In this document: positions 18,624 through 27,785 of the stretch, one piece after another
How the letters are laid out: the number at the start of each line of letters is the position of its first letter
Position numbering within the stretch: the first letter of the stretch is position 1
Origin: Planctomycetota bacterium
Lineage (GTDB): Bacteria; Planctomycetota; B15-G4
Reading direction: 5' to 3'
Assembly (NCBI GenBank): GCA_038212275.1
Contig: JBBQUR010000005.1
Location: 1-64,000, forward strand
DNA length: 64,000 nucleotides
Translations under genes and position numbers: made by a program
The notes under the pieces: generated by a model
The model's input: the letters and a program-made list of their open reading frames with translations, nothing else
Told to the model about the DNA's origin: nothing
The model's database searches: none

Positions 18624-20773
18624 GCTCCGCGCACTGGCTCGGCCTGGACATCGGCGCCACCAAGCTGCTCGCGCTCGCGCTTGACGAGCGCGGCGCCGTC
18701 CTGGCGTGCGAGACCGCTCCGACGCGTCGCGAGCGCGGTCCCGACGACGTCCTCTCGCGCGCCGCGGACCTGGCGCAGCAGGTCTCCGCACGTGCGGGAG
18801 GCTTGCCGGCCGGCGCGGGCGTCGGTGTTGCCGGCCTCGTGGATCACGCCACCGGGCGCGTGCTGAGTTCGATCATGCTCCCGGGCTGGGATGACTGGCC
18901 GCTGGCCGAGCGTCTCGCCGCGCGGCTCGGCATCCCGTGCCTCGCGGACAACGACGCGACGGCGGCGGGATGGGGCGAGTTCGTCGCGCTGGGTTCGCCG
19001 CCCGATCTCGACCTCGTGCTGCTCACGGTCGGGACCGGTATCGGGGGCGCGGCGATCCTCGGCGGCCGACTGCACCGTGGCGCGTCGGAAACGGCGGGGG
19101 AGTTCGGCAACATGAGCATCCACTGGCAGGGCGAGACCTGCTGGTGCGGCTCGCGTGGCTGCCTCAACATGCTGGCCTCCGGCTCGGCGATGGCGCGTCG
19201 TGCCGCGGAGCTTGGTTGCGTGCCGGCCGTCGCGGCCGTCGGCGGCGCGATGGGCACCCGGAGCGCCACGGAAGCACGCACGGCGGATCGCGGCGCAACG
19301 CTCACGCTGCACGACGTGGCCGCCGCCGCGGCCGCAGGCGATTGGGCCGCGCACGCCGCGATCGACGAGGGCGCGCGCGCTCTGGGCGCCGGCCTCGCGA
19401 ACATCGTGAACACCTGGAATCCGTCGCGCATCTCCCTGTGCGGCGGCGTGCTCGCGCTGGGCGACGGCTGGCTGAGCAGCGTGCGCGAGGAAGCCGGTCG
19501 CCGCGCGCTCGCCGTGCCCTTCGCCCGCGTGAGCATCGGACCCGCCGTGCACGGCGCCAGCACCGGCGCCTTCGGTGCCGCCTGCCTGGCGCAACGGGCC
19601 TTCGCGCCCGTCCCGGCGGAAAGCTCCCGACACGCGGCCGGTCCTGCGGGCGGCGGAATGCACGTCCCCTCGAAGGACTACCGCGCGCAATACGCCGCGC
19701 TGATGCCCGAGCTGCTGCCGCTGCTGGAGCGCACGCTGCTGGACGACGAGCCCGTGCTCGGCCGCGCCGTGACGGAGTTCGAAGCTGCCTTCGCGGCGTA
19801 CTGCGGCGTCGCGCATGCCATCGGCGTCGGCTCGGGCTTCGACGCGCTAGTCCTCGCGCTGCGCGTGCTGGGCGTCGGCCCGGGCGATGAAGTGATCACC
19901 GCCGCGAACACTTTCACCGGAACGGTCACGGCCATCCTTGACGCGGGTGCGCGCCCCGTGCTCGTGGATCCCGACGTGCGCACGCTGAACCTTTCCTTGG
20001 ACGGTGTGCGCGCGGCGCTGACGCCGCGCACGAAGCTCGTCCTCCCGGTGCACCTCTACGGCCGCCTTGCGCCGATGGCCGGGCTGCTCGCGCTGTGCGC
20101 GGACGCGGGCGTTCCGATCCTCGAAGATGCGGCTCAGGCGCACGGAGCGCGCGCGGGGGGCCGCCGGGCGGGCGCCTTCGGTCGACTCGGCGCCTTTAGC
20201 TTTCATCCGAGCAAGAACCTGGGAGCCTTCGGCGACGGCGGCGCGATCACCACCGACGACGCCGCGCTCGCGACCACGCTGCGCGAACTGCGCCACCTGG
20301 GCAAGCGCGACAAGCACCACTTCGCGCACGTGGCGCCCAATACCAAGCTGGACACGCTGCAGGCCGCGCTGCTGCTGCTGAAGCTGCCCAGGCTGGATGC
20401 TCAGAACGCAAGGCGCCGCGCGCTGGCGGCCCGATATCGCGCCGGGCTGTCGGACTGTGAGGGCCTGCTGCTGCCGGAGGATCCGGGCGACGAGTCGCAC
20501 GTCTGGCACCAGTACGTGGTGCGCAGCGCGCGTCGCGACGCGCTGCGTGCGGAGTTGAAGGCCGCCGGCATCCAGGCGGGCCTGCACTATCCCGTCGCGC
20601 CGCACGAGCAGCCGCTGGGCGTGCCGCTCGTGGTTCCGGCCCGCGGCCTGCCCGTGGCCGAGGCGTCCGCGCGCAGCGTGCTGTCTCTGCCCATCGCACC
20701 TGAGCTGAGCGATGCGCAGATCGGCATGGTCATCGAGGCGGTGCGCGCTGCGCATCACGCGCGGCCGTCGTGA
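18620..20773 (+). CDS. ROK-family kinase fused to DegT/DnrJ/EryC1/StrS aminotransferase
   Basis: ROK: GLDIGATK, DNDA, VGTGIGG, CWCGSRGCL; aminotransferase from ~19658: EDAAQAHG, FSFHPSKNLGAFGDGG; no stop between; ATGA overlap. Confidence 0.9.
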   Translation: MSSAHWLGLDIGATKLLALALDERGAVLACETAPTRRERGPDDVLSRAADLAQQVSARAGGLPAGAGVGVAGLVDHATGRVLSSIMLPGWDDWPLAERLAARLGIPCLADNDATAAGWGEFVALGSPPDLDLVLLTVGTGIGGAAILGGRLHRGASETAGEFGNMSIHWQGETCWCGSRGCLNMLASGSAMARRAAELGCVPAVAAVGGAMGTRSATEARTADRGATLTLHDVAAAAAAGDWAAHAAIDEGARALGAGLANIVNTWNPSRISLCGGVLALGDGWLSSVREEAGRRALAVPFARVSIGPAVHGASTGAFGAACLAQRAFAPVPAESSRHAAGPAGGGMHVPSKDYRAQYAALMPELLPLLERTLLDDEPVLGRAVTEFEAAFAAYCGVAHAIGVGSGFDALVLALRVLGVGPGDEVITAANTFTGTVTAILDAGARPVLVDPDVRTLNLSLDGVRAALTPRTKLVLPVHLYGRLAPMAGLLALCADAGVPILEDAAQAHGARAGGRRAGAFGRLGAFSFHPSKNLGAFGDGGAITTDDAALATTLRELRHLGKRDKHHFAHVAPNTKLDTLQAALLLLKLPRLDAQNARRRALAARYRAGLSDCEGLLLPEDPGDESHVWHQYVVRSARRDALRAELKAAGIQAGLHYPVAPHEQPLGVPLVVPARGLPVAEASARSVLSLPIAPELSDAQIGMVIEAVRAAHHARPS

Positions 20774-23103
20774 CGCGGGCAGCCGCGATACGTGCTTCAA
20801 TTGCCTGCACTCCGGCTGTGATCGCGGTGCTGGGCGGCGGCAGCGCGTTCACGCCGGCGCTGGCGCTGGCGCTCGCCGAGGCCGCCTCGAGCCTGCCGCC
20901 GCTGCTGATCCGCCTGCATGGCCGCGACGCTTCGCGCACGGCGGACGTGGCCGCGTGCTGCGAGCGCCTCGCGCGCGGGGCCGGCGCGTCGCAGCATTAC
21001 GAGTCCTGCCCGTCGCTGGAAGTTGCGGCCCGCGGCGCGGCGGTCGTCGTGAACCAGATGCGCGTCGGCGGCTGGGCCGGACGCACGCACGACGAGCGCT
21101 TCCCGCTCGCCCACGGCCTGCCCGGCGACGAGACCATCGGCCCGGGGGGGGTGGCCTCCGCGCTGCGCACCCTGCCCGTCGTGCTGCGGGCCGCGCACGT
21201 CTGCGCCTCGGCGGCTCCCGGCTGCTGGTTCGTGAACCTCAGCAACCCGATGGGCATCGTGCTGGCCGCGCTCGCGGACGTCCCCGGCGTGCGCGCACTT
21301 GGCCTGTGCGAGCTGCCCGGCGAGACGCTTCGGCGCGCGCTCGCCCTGCTTCCGGAAGATCGCGCCCCCGTGCAGGTGGACTACCTTGGTCTCAACCATC
21401 AGGGCTGGTTCACACGCATCGAGCGCGGCGGCCGCGACTTGCTGCCCGACGTCGCGGCCGCGCTGGCGCGCGCCGAGGCGACGCACGCCCCGGAGGCGGA
21501 GTTCTTCGGCGTGGACGCGGAGCTCGTCGAGATGCGGCACGCGCTGCCGCTGCCCTACATGCGGCTCTACGAGCACCGCGAGCGCGAGGTCGCCGCGTTG
21601 CGTGCGCGCCACGTCGCGCGTGGGGACGAGTTGCGCGCACTGTCCGACGCGCTGCACGCCGCCTGCGCGGCCGGCACCGAGGTGGGCGACGCCGGACTGC
21701 GTGCGCTGCTCGCTCGTCGCCGCACGAGCTGGCTTCCGGACGCCCTCGTGCCGGCGCTCGCGGCGCTGCTCGGCGGGCCGCCCGCGGAGTTGTATGTGTC
21801 GCAGCCGAACCGAGGACACATCGCCGCGCTGCCGGCCGAGGCGATCGTCGAACAGCGCTGCCTCGTGGATGGGGAGGGCGCCCGCGCACTGCCCTGGCTT
21901 CCTGCGCCGTTGTCCGACCCTGCGGACGACGCGCGCCAGGCGGCGCGCCTGGAGCTGCTGCACCGTATTGCGCGCTTCGAGGCTGAGGCCTGTCGCGCCG
22001 CCTGCGCCGCCGATCCGGAAAGCGCGCGCTCGGCGGCGCTGCGGGCGCTGGCAGAGCATCCCTTCGACATCGCGCCGGCGACTGCGCAGGCCATGCTTGG
22101 CGACCTCTTCGCGCCGCTGCAGGGCGCGGGCCCTGCCGTCGCTTGCAACAGCGCGGCGCTGGATGCGTTGGCCGACAGCGACGTGGAGCAACGGCTCATG
22201 GCGTCCGTACGCGGAGGGCAGCTGTCCGCAGCAGCGCTTCGCACGGCGCTGCCGTCCTTCCCGCTCAAGCTGCAGCTCCAGACGTCCAGTCCGTGCAATG
22301 CGAGCTGCGTCATGTGCCCGTGGCCCGACACGCGCAGCACGCAGCCTCAAGGCCTCATGTCGGAGGAACTCTTCGACCGCATCGTGGCGCAGCTCGCCGG
22401 GCGCGGCGTCCTGCGCACCAGCCTCTTCCTCATGAACGAACCGCTGCTCGACCGGCGCCTCGAGCGTCTCACGGCGCGCCTCAAGCAGCGCGTGCCGGAG
22501 ACGACCGCGCTCATCTTCACCAACGGCAGCGGGCTCAGTGCGGCGCGCGCTCTCGCACTTGCAGACGCCGGAATGGACGAGATCAACGTGTCGGTCGTCG
22601 GCTTCGACCGCGAGAGCTACGCGCAGATCATGCGCGACATCGACTACGACGTCGTGCTGTCCCACCTCGAGGCGGTCGGCAGCCTGGCGACCGCCGGGCG
22701 ACTCGGCCGGATGGCGGTGCGCGTCGTGGGCCTGCAGTTCGAGCGCGCGCTCGAGGGTCTGGAAGCCTTCCGCGAACGAGTCGGACTCCCGGTCTTCCTC
22801 AAGCCGGTCAGCAACCGGGCCGGCCTGGTGGACCTCGACGAGCTGCATCCGACGACGGCGCGCGCCGCACGCTTTTCCGCGTGCCAGCGCCCTTTCGTGA
22901 AGGCCTACGTGCTGTACAACGGCGACCTCGTACTGTGCAACTGCGACTGGGAACGCACGACCGTCATCGGCAACCTCGCCGAGCGGAGCCTGGAGGACCT
23001 GTGGACCGATCGACGCCTGATGGCCATCCGCGAGCAGCATTGCAGCGGCGAGCTCGAACGCCATTCGCTCTGCGCCCGCTGCGACTACCCATGGCTTGCG
23101 TGA
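20770..23103 (+). CDS. GH4 (6-phospho-beta-glucosidase-like) fused to radical SAM/SPASM domain
   Basis: GH4: LGGGSAFTP, QMRVGG, DETIGPGG, NLSNP, GLCELP, GLNH; radical SAM: CNASCVMC; SPASM/twitch: CQRPF...LCNCD...IGNL...CARC; GTGA overlap. Confidence 0.88.
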   Translation: MTRAAAIRASIACTPAVIAVLGGGSAFTPALALALAEAASSLPPLLIRLHGRDASRTADVAACCERLARGAGASQHYESCPSLEVAARGAAVVVNQMRVGGWAGRTHDERFPLAHGLPGDETIGPGGVASALRTLPVVLRAAHVCASAAPGCWFVNLSNPMGIVLAALADVPGVRALGLCELPGETLRRALALLPEDRAPVQVDYLGLNHQGWFTRIERGGRDLLPDVAAALARAEATHAPEAEFFGVDAELVEMRHALPLPYMRLYEHREREVAALRARHVARGDELRALSDALHAACAAGTEVGDAGLRALLARRRTSWLPDALVPALAALLGGPPAELYVSQPNRGHIAALPAEAIVEQRCLVDGEGARALPWLPAPLSDPADDARQAARLELLHRIARFEAEACRAACAADPESARSAALRALAEHPFDIAPATAQAMLGDLFAPLQGAGPAVACNSAALDALADSDVEQRLMASVRGGQLSAAALRTALPSFPLKLQLQTSSPCNASCVMCPWPDTRSTQPQGLMSEELFDRIVAQLAGRGVLRTSLFLMNEPLLDRRLERLTARLKQRVPETTALIFTNGSGLSAARALALADAGMDEINVSVVGFDRESYAQIMRDIDYDVVLSHLEAVGSLATAGRLGRMAVRVVGLQFERALEGLEAFRERVGLPVFLKPVSNRAGLVDLDELHPTTARAARFSACQRPFVKAYVLYNGDLVLCNCDWERTTVIGNLAERSLEDLWTDRRLMAIREQHCSGELERHSLCARCDYPWLA

Positions 23104-23179
23104 CCGGGCCGGCCGCGCGGTGCCGTCGCGAACGGTCGGGCGTGAACGACCGGTTCGGCGAGAACGAGACGAGGTGCGC

Positions 23180-24160
23180 ATGAAACTCTCGGTCTGCCCG
23201 CAACCGCTCTATCGACTGGGTCTTGAGGGCGCGCTGGACGAGATCGTGAAGCTCGGGCTCACGGCGCTGGAGCTGCCGGTCGATGGGCGCAGCCCGCTCG
23301 TCTCGCTCGACACGCTGCTCGCGGGCGGCCGCGGGCCGGGCAGCGCTGCGGCGCTGAGCAGCGAGCTGCGCGCGCGCGGCCTGTCCCTCTCCGCGATCTC
23401 CAATCATCAGGAGGGGCAGCTTCTGCTCGGCCCTTACCAGCGCGACACGGACGCAATCTGCGCGGGCGATGCCGCACGCAAGGCTGCATTCGCGCGCGAG
23501 CGGCTGTTGCAGAGCGCACGTCTCGCGTCCGAGCTGCAGGTGCCCGTGCTCGTCGGCTTCGTCGGTTGCGAAGACTGGAGCCGGTTCTTCCCGTGGCCCG
23601 ACGCCCAGGGCTGGGAGTCGATGCAGCCGCGCTTCACCGAGGTCGTCGGCGGTCTGCTCGACGACCTCGAGCGGCTCGGCGTGAGCTTCGCGCAGGAACC
23701 GCACCCGCGGCAGATCGTCTACAACACGGAGACGGCGCTGCAGTCCGTCGCCTGGCTGGGCGGGCACAGACGCTGGGGCTTCAATCTGGATGCCGGCAAT
23801 CTGCTGCTGGCCGGATGCGACCCGGTGGTCTTCGCGCAGGAGCTTGGCGCGCGCGTGCTGCACGTTCACGCCAAGGATGCCGAGCTGGTCGCGCACAATG
23901 CACGTCGTTCGGGACTGCTCGCGCACGGCGACTGGGATCGCAGCGACCGCGGCTTCCGCTTCCGCATCCCCGGCTGGGGTGACGTGTCGTGGCGACGCCT
24001 GCTCTCCGAGCTGCAGCTGGGCGGGTATTCCGGCTGGCTGGCCATCGAGCACGAGGATCCCGTCTTCGACGCACTGGACGGACTGACCAAGGCCATCGCG
24101 GCGCTGAAGCCTCTGCTTCCCGATGGTCCGCGTCCCGACGCCAGGCAGCGCTGGTGGTAG
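23180..24160 (+). CDS. Sugar phosphate isomerase/epimerase (xylose-isomerase-like TIM barrel)
   Basis: FAQEPHP, GFNLDAGNL, HVHAKD, FRIPGWGDVSW, AIEHED; RBS GAGG. Confidence 0.85.
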   Translation: MKLSVCPQPLYRLGLEGALDEIVKLGLTALELPVDGRSPLVSLDTLLAGGRGPGSAAALSSELRARGLSLSAISNHQEGQLLLGPYQRDTDAICAGDAARKAAFARERLLQSARLASELQVPVLVGFVGCEDWSRFFPWPDAQGWESMQPRFTEVVGGLLDDLERLGVSFAQEPHPRQIVYNTETALQSVAWLGGHRRWGFNLDAGNLLLAGCDPVVFAQELGARVLHVHAKDAELVAHNARRSGLLAHGDWDRSDRGFRFRIPGWGDVSWRRLLSELQLGGYSGWLAIEHEDPVFDALDGLTKAIAALKPLLPDGPRPDARQRWW

Positions 24161-25317
24161 GCGAGGCGCGCGAGGCTGGCTCATGGTCCGTGCGTGACGG
24201 ACGCGTCCCGCGTCGCGTCGGCCTCGCGGCGCCGCCCGCGTGCGACTACCTGCCGTCGCTGATTCTGCCCGACCTGGCGCGAGCCCGGCTGCTGGCGCGC
24301 GCTGCGCAGTGGGTCGATGTCGTGGGCGTGGCGCACGCCGGGGCGCCAGACCGCGCACGAGGCGCAGCGCCGGAGGGACCGGTGCTGGTGCACGTCGACC
24401 TGGGGGCGCAGGGATTCCTGGCTGACGAGACGGCGGCGGTGTTCGCAGCCGAGCACTGCGACGAGGTGTTCGTGCTGGGCGAGCCGCAGCTGCACGACGC
24501 GTTCGGGATGCTGGTCGCCGCGCTGCGTGCGCGCGGCCTGCGCATCGCGCACGCGGCGCCGGACGAGGGCGCCCTGGCCGCGCTGGCCTCGTGGTGGCAG
24601 CGTTGCGGCGGCAGCCCGCCTGCCACCGTGAACGCCAGCGCGCCTGACGCCGCGCCGACGGACGCGCCGATGGCCGCAACGGGAGGCGTGCCGGCGCACG
24701 TTCGCCCCTGGCCCGAGCTGCTGTTGACCCGAGCGGACGAGGCCGTGCCCGCGGCACACGGCATCGTCTTCGAGGAGCAGCCCGACGGTAGCCTGCTGCG
24801 TCGGAGCCCGGGGCCCGCAGGCTGCGTGCGCGCCGAGGTCGATGTGATCCACGTGCACACGTCGGAGCAATGGACCGAAGCCGCGCTTCGAACAGTCGCC
24901 CCGACGGACCTCGTGGCCCTGCGGCTGGGCGCGGAGGACGCGGAGTCGGCCTCGACGTCGGCGGCGATCGCGCGGATGGCCGCGTTGCGGGCGCGCTTCG
25001 GACCGGCGCGCGTGCGCCTCGCCGTCGACCGCGTGTCTCTGACGACCGATGCGCGATGCGGCGGCGCGCCGTGGGCCGCACGCTTGCGGCTCGATGGTGG
25101 CAGCACCCTGAGCCGCGTGCTGGCCGGTGTGCCTGGCCACGCGCCGACCGATACGCTGACCGACGCGACCCGTGGCGAGCCGACTCGGGCGCAGCGTCGC
25201 CAGCTTGCCGCCGCGCTCGCCTGGCAGGCGCTGGGCGTCGACCCGCTCGAGGAGATCTACGCAGGCAATGCGCTGCCGGATCGCAACGCGGCCATGCTCG
25301 TGAACATCGTGCCGTGA
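24154..25317 (+). CDS. Hypothetical protein within the cyclitol operon
   Basis: Long ORF overlapping both neighbours (start inside the epimerase stop region, GTGA overlap downstream); no recognised motif. Confidence 0.55.
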   Translation: MVGEAREAGSWSVRDGRVPRRVGLAAPPACDYLPSLILPDLARARLLARAAQWVDVVGVAHAGAPDRARGAAPEGPVLVHVDLGAQGFLADETAAVFAAEHCDEVFVLGEPQLHDAFGMLVAALRARGLRIAHAAPDEGALAALASWWQRCGGSPPATVNASAPDAAPTDAPMAATGGVPAHVRPWPELLLTRADEAVPAAHGIVFEEQPDGSLLRRSPGPAGCVRAEVDVIHVHTSEQWTEAALRTVAPTDLVALRLGAEDAESASTSAAIARMAALRARFGPARVRLAVDRVSLTTDARCGGAPWAARLRLDGGSTLSRVLAGVPGHAPTDTLTDATRGEPTRAQRRQLAAALAWQALGVDPLEEIYAGNALPDRNAAMLVNIVP

Positions 25318-27686
25318 TCGAAGAGACGGCGCCCGCGCAGGCCTTGCTGTTGCGTGTCTTTCCGGAACTGGAGGCGCTGGTGTCGCCCGGATGCGCGACG
25401 CTCAAGGACGCCCTCGGGCCGCTGCTGCACCTCGCTGCGCCCGGGGACACGCTCGTGATCGAGGATGGCCGTGCGCGCGTGGCACCGCTCGATGGCGTCA
25501 AGCCCGTCCCGCACGTCGGTCTGCACTGGTTGCTGCCGCTGTTTTCCGGTGACGATCTTGCGTCTCGGCTGCGCGAGGCGCTGGCGACGATCCGCACCGA
25601 CGCGTGGGGCTTCCGCTGCGCAGGCCTGCTGCCGATCTTCGTTTCGAGCGATGCGCGCCTGCACCCGGCGTGCTGGGGAGTGCTGCCGTCCCACGATCCA
25701 CCTGCCGCGTGGCGCGCGCTGACGCGCGACCTCGTCCGCGAACTCTGCCCGGACAGAAGCCTGCTCTGGCGGGCGCAGGAGCACGCGGCCCTCGCGGGCG
25801 TCGTGACGCGGGACGACGTGGACACGGTCGAACGCATGCGACGTGCGCTGCACGAGAGCGGCCGCCCCCGGCTCATCGCGGTGTGCGGCATCGACGGCGC
25901 GGGGAAGTCGGCACACGTCGAGGCCCTGAAGTTGCACTGCACGACGCGCGGGCTGGTCTGCACGACGCACAAGCTGTTCCGTCACGGCGTGTTTCACGAG
26001 ACCGTGACGGATCTCACGCGCCTGTGCGCGGGCGACCGCGCGCTGCACCTGTGGCGCCTGCAACGGCTCGTCAAGGCGCAGGACACGCTGCGCTGCTGGC
26101 ACGAGGAGGTGCTGCCGCGACTGCCCGACGTGGACGTCGCGCTGTTCGACCGCTACGTCTTCACGCACCACGCGGAGGCGGCTGGGCGTCTGCACGACGA
26201 TGCGCACACGCGCGTGCTGCTCGCCTCGCTGCCCGACCCGGACCACGTCGTGCTCCTCGACGTGCCCGTGGAGCTGGCGCTGGAGCGCATCGGTGAGCGC
26301 ACCGCGCGGACGGTGGACGAAAATCCCGTCATGCTGGGCCGCTATCGGCACGCCCTGCTCGACATGGCGGACCGACGTGGTTGGCTCGTGCTGGATGGAC
26401 GCGCGCCGTTCGCGGAGAACACCCGGGCGATCCGCGAGCACCTCGAGGCTTCATTGCGCGCATGCGCCGGGCGCAGCGTGTGCGACGAGGAAGCCCGCGC
26501 ACCGAGTGCCTCACCGTTCGCGCCGGACGGCGAGATGTCGGCGATGGCGATGCCGGGGACGGCTGTGCCGGCAACGGAGGCGCCGGCGATGGCGATGCCG
26601 GTGATGCGGGATGTGCAACTCGCGCCTGCCATCGGGCGCCAGAGAGCCGGGGAAGGGCGCCGGGTCGTTCGGCTGCACGTCGACCCGGCCGTGAGTGACT
26701 GTGCAAACTTGGTGCGGGGCACGCCGCTGCTGCTGCCGACGTCAGGCGAGCTGGCCGCACGCGATCAGCTGCTCGCAGCCTCGCGCCAGGGCCTGCTGCC
26801 GACCGAAGTCGCGATGCACCTCCACGCGTGGGACATCGTCCAGCAGGTGCGCACGGCGTGCGAGCGAGTGCGCGGCCACGACGCGCCGGAGCACGGCACA
26901 CCGGGAGATGATGCGCCCTTCGTCATCCCGTTCTGGCCACCGGCGCTGTTCGCAGCGGCAGGCGTGACGTGGCATGCGTGGCCCGAACTCGAGCGCGTGC
27001 TGCTCGCGCGTCCCGGTGCGCCGGCCGACCGGGCGCGGGCCGCGCTGCTGCGCGTGACCTTCGCCTGCGCTGGTCCCGAGGATGTCGAACGTGCTGCGGC
27101 GCGCGTCCTGTCGTGCGAGCTGAGTTCCGCGGGCCAGGCTTCCGGCGCCGCGTCTCTGGAACAGCTCTCGCGGCTGGTGCTCGTGTCGTCGCCGACGGCC
27201 GGGGTTGCGCCTCCCGCGGGAGGCCTTCCCTTCGCGGGCGTGACGGCGGGCGGTTTCCTCCTGCGCGACGGCCGCGTGCTGCTCGAGCGCCGACCACCGG
27301 ATGCACGGCTCGCGCCCGGTGTCTGGGACAGTCCCGGCGGCAAGGCACATCCCGACGAGCGGCCGCTGGAGACGTTGCGTCGTGAGCTCCACGAGGAGCT
27401 CGGCATCGAGGTGACGGGCGCGCGCCTCGTGGCGATTCTGGACGAGGCCGTTGATCTGCCGGCCGACGCCGCGGCCGGTGAGCGCGCGGCCGGTGAGCTC
27501 GCAGGCGGCACCTGGCGTCACCATCATTTTGAAGTCACGTCGTGGAGGGGCGAGGTCGCGGCGCGCGAGGGTCAGGCGCTGATGTGGCACGGCATTCAGG
27601 CCGCCGCCGCGTTGCCGGACATGCACCCGCTCACGGCCTACGCGATGGCTGCGCTGCTCGCCCCGCGCACGGCATCGCCAGCCTGA
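25314..27686 (+). CDS. Multidomain protein: unknown N-domain + thymidylate-kinase-like domain + C-terminal NUDIX
   Basis: IAVCGIDGAGKS P-loop and LFDRY (TMK motif); Nudix box PGGKAHPDERPLETLRRELHEELG; GTGA overlap. Confidence 0.8.
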   Translation: MIEETAPAQALLLRVFPELEALVSPGCATLKDALGPLLHLAAPGDTLVIEDGRARVAPLDGVKPVPHVGLHWLLPLFSGDDLASRLREALATIRTDAWGFRCAGLLPIFVSSDARLHPACWGVLPSHDPPAAWRALTRDLVRELCPDRSLLWRAQEHAALAGVVTRDDVDTVERMRRALHESGRPRLIAVCGIDGAGKSAHVEALKLHCTTRGLVCTTHKLFRHGVFHETVTDLTRLCAGDRALHLWRLQRLVKAQDTLRCWHEEVLPRLPDVDVALFDRYVFTHHAEAAGRLHDDAHTRVLLASLPDPDHVVLLDVPVELALERIGERTARTVDENPVMLGRYRHALLDMADRRGWLVLDGRAPFAENTRAIREHLEASLRACAGRSVCDEEARAPSASPFAPDGEMSAMAMPGTAVPATEAPAMAMPVMRDVQLAPAIGRQRAGEGRRVVRLHVDPAVSDCANLVRGTPLLLPTSGELAARDQLLAASRQGLLPTEVAMHLHAWDIVQQVRTACERVRGHDAPEHGTPGDDAPFVIPFWPPALFAAAGVTWHAWPELERVLLARPGAPADRARAALLRVTFACAGPEDVERAAARVLSCELSSAGQASGAASLEQLSRLVLVSSPTAGVAPPAGGLPFAGVTAGGFLLRDGRVLLERRPPDARLAPGVWDSPGGKAHPDERPLETLRRELHEELGIEVTGARLVAILDEAVDLPADAAAGERAAGELAGGTWRHHHFEVTSWRGEVAAREGQALMWHGIQAAAALPDMHPLTAYAMAALLAPRTASPA

Positions 27687-27785
27687 GTTGCCGCCGCGGG
27701 CTGCCTGCAGGCGAGCGGACCGCTGCGCCTGGGCGTCGCGCCGCCATCCCCGGTCTTTCCGCGCGTCGCCGCCCGACGCAGTCCC

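Noticed and set aside
22964..25972. 1002-aa minus-strand ORF and other long antisense ORFs (e.g. 20797..23181, 45592..48252, 56032..59256)
   Set aside because: Arg/Ala/Pro-rich shadow frames of motif-bearing genes, expected at this GC content
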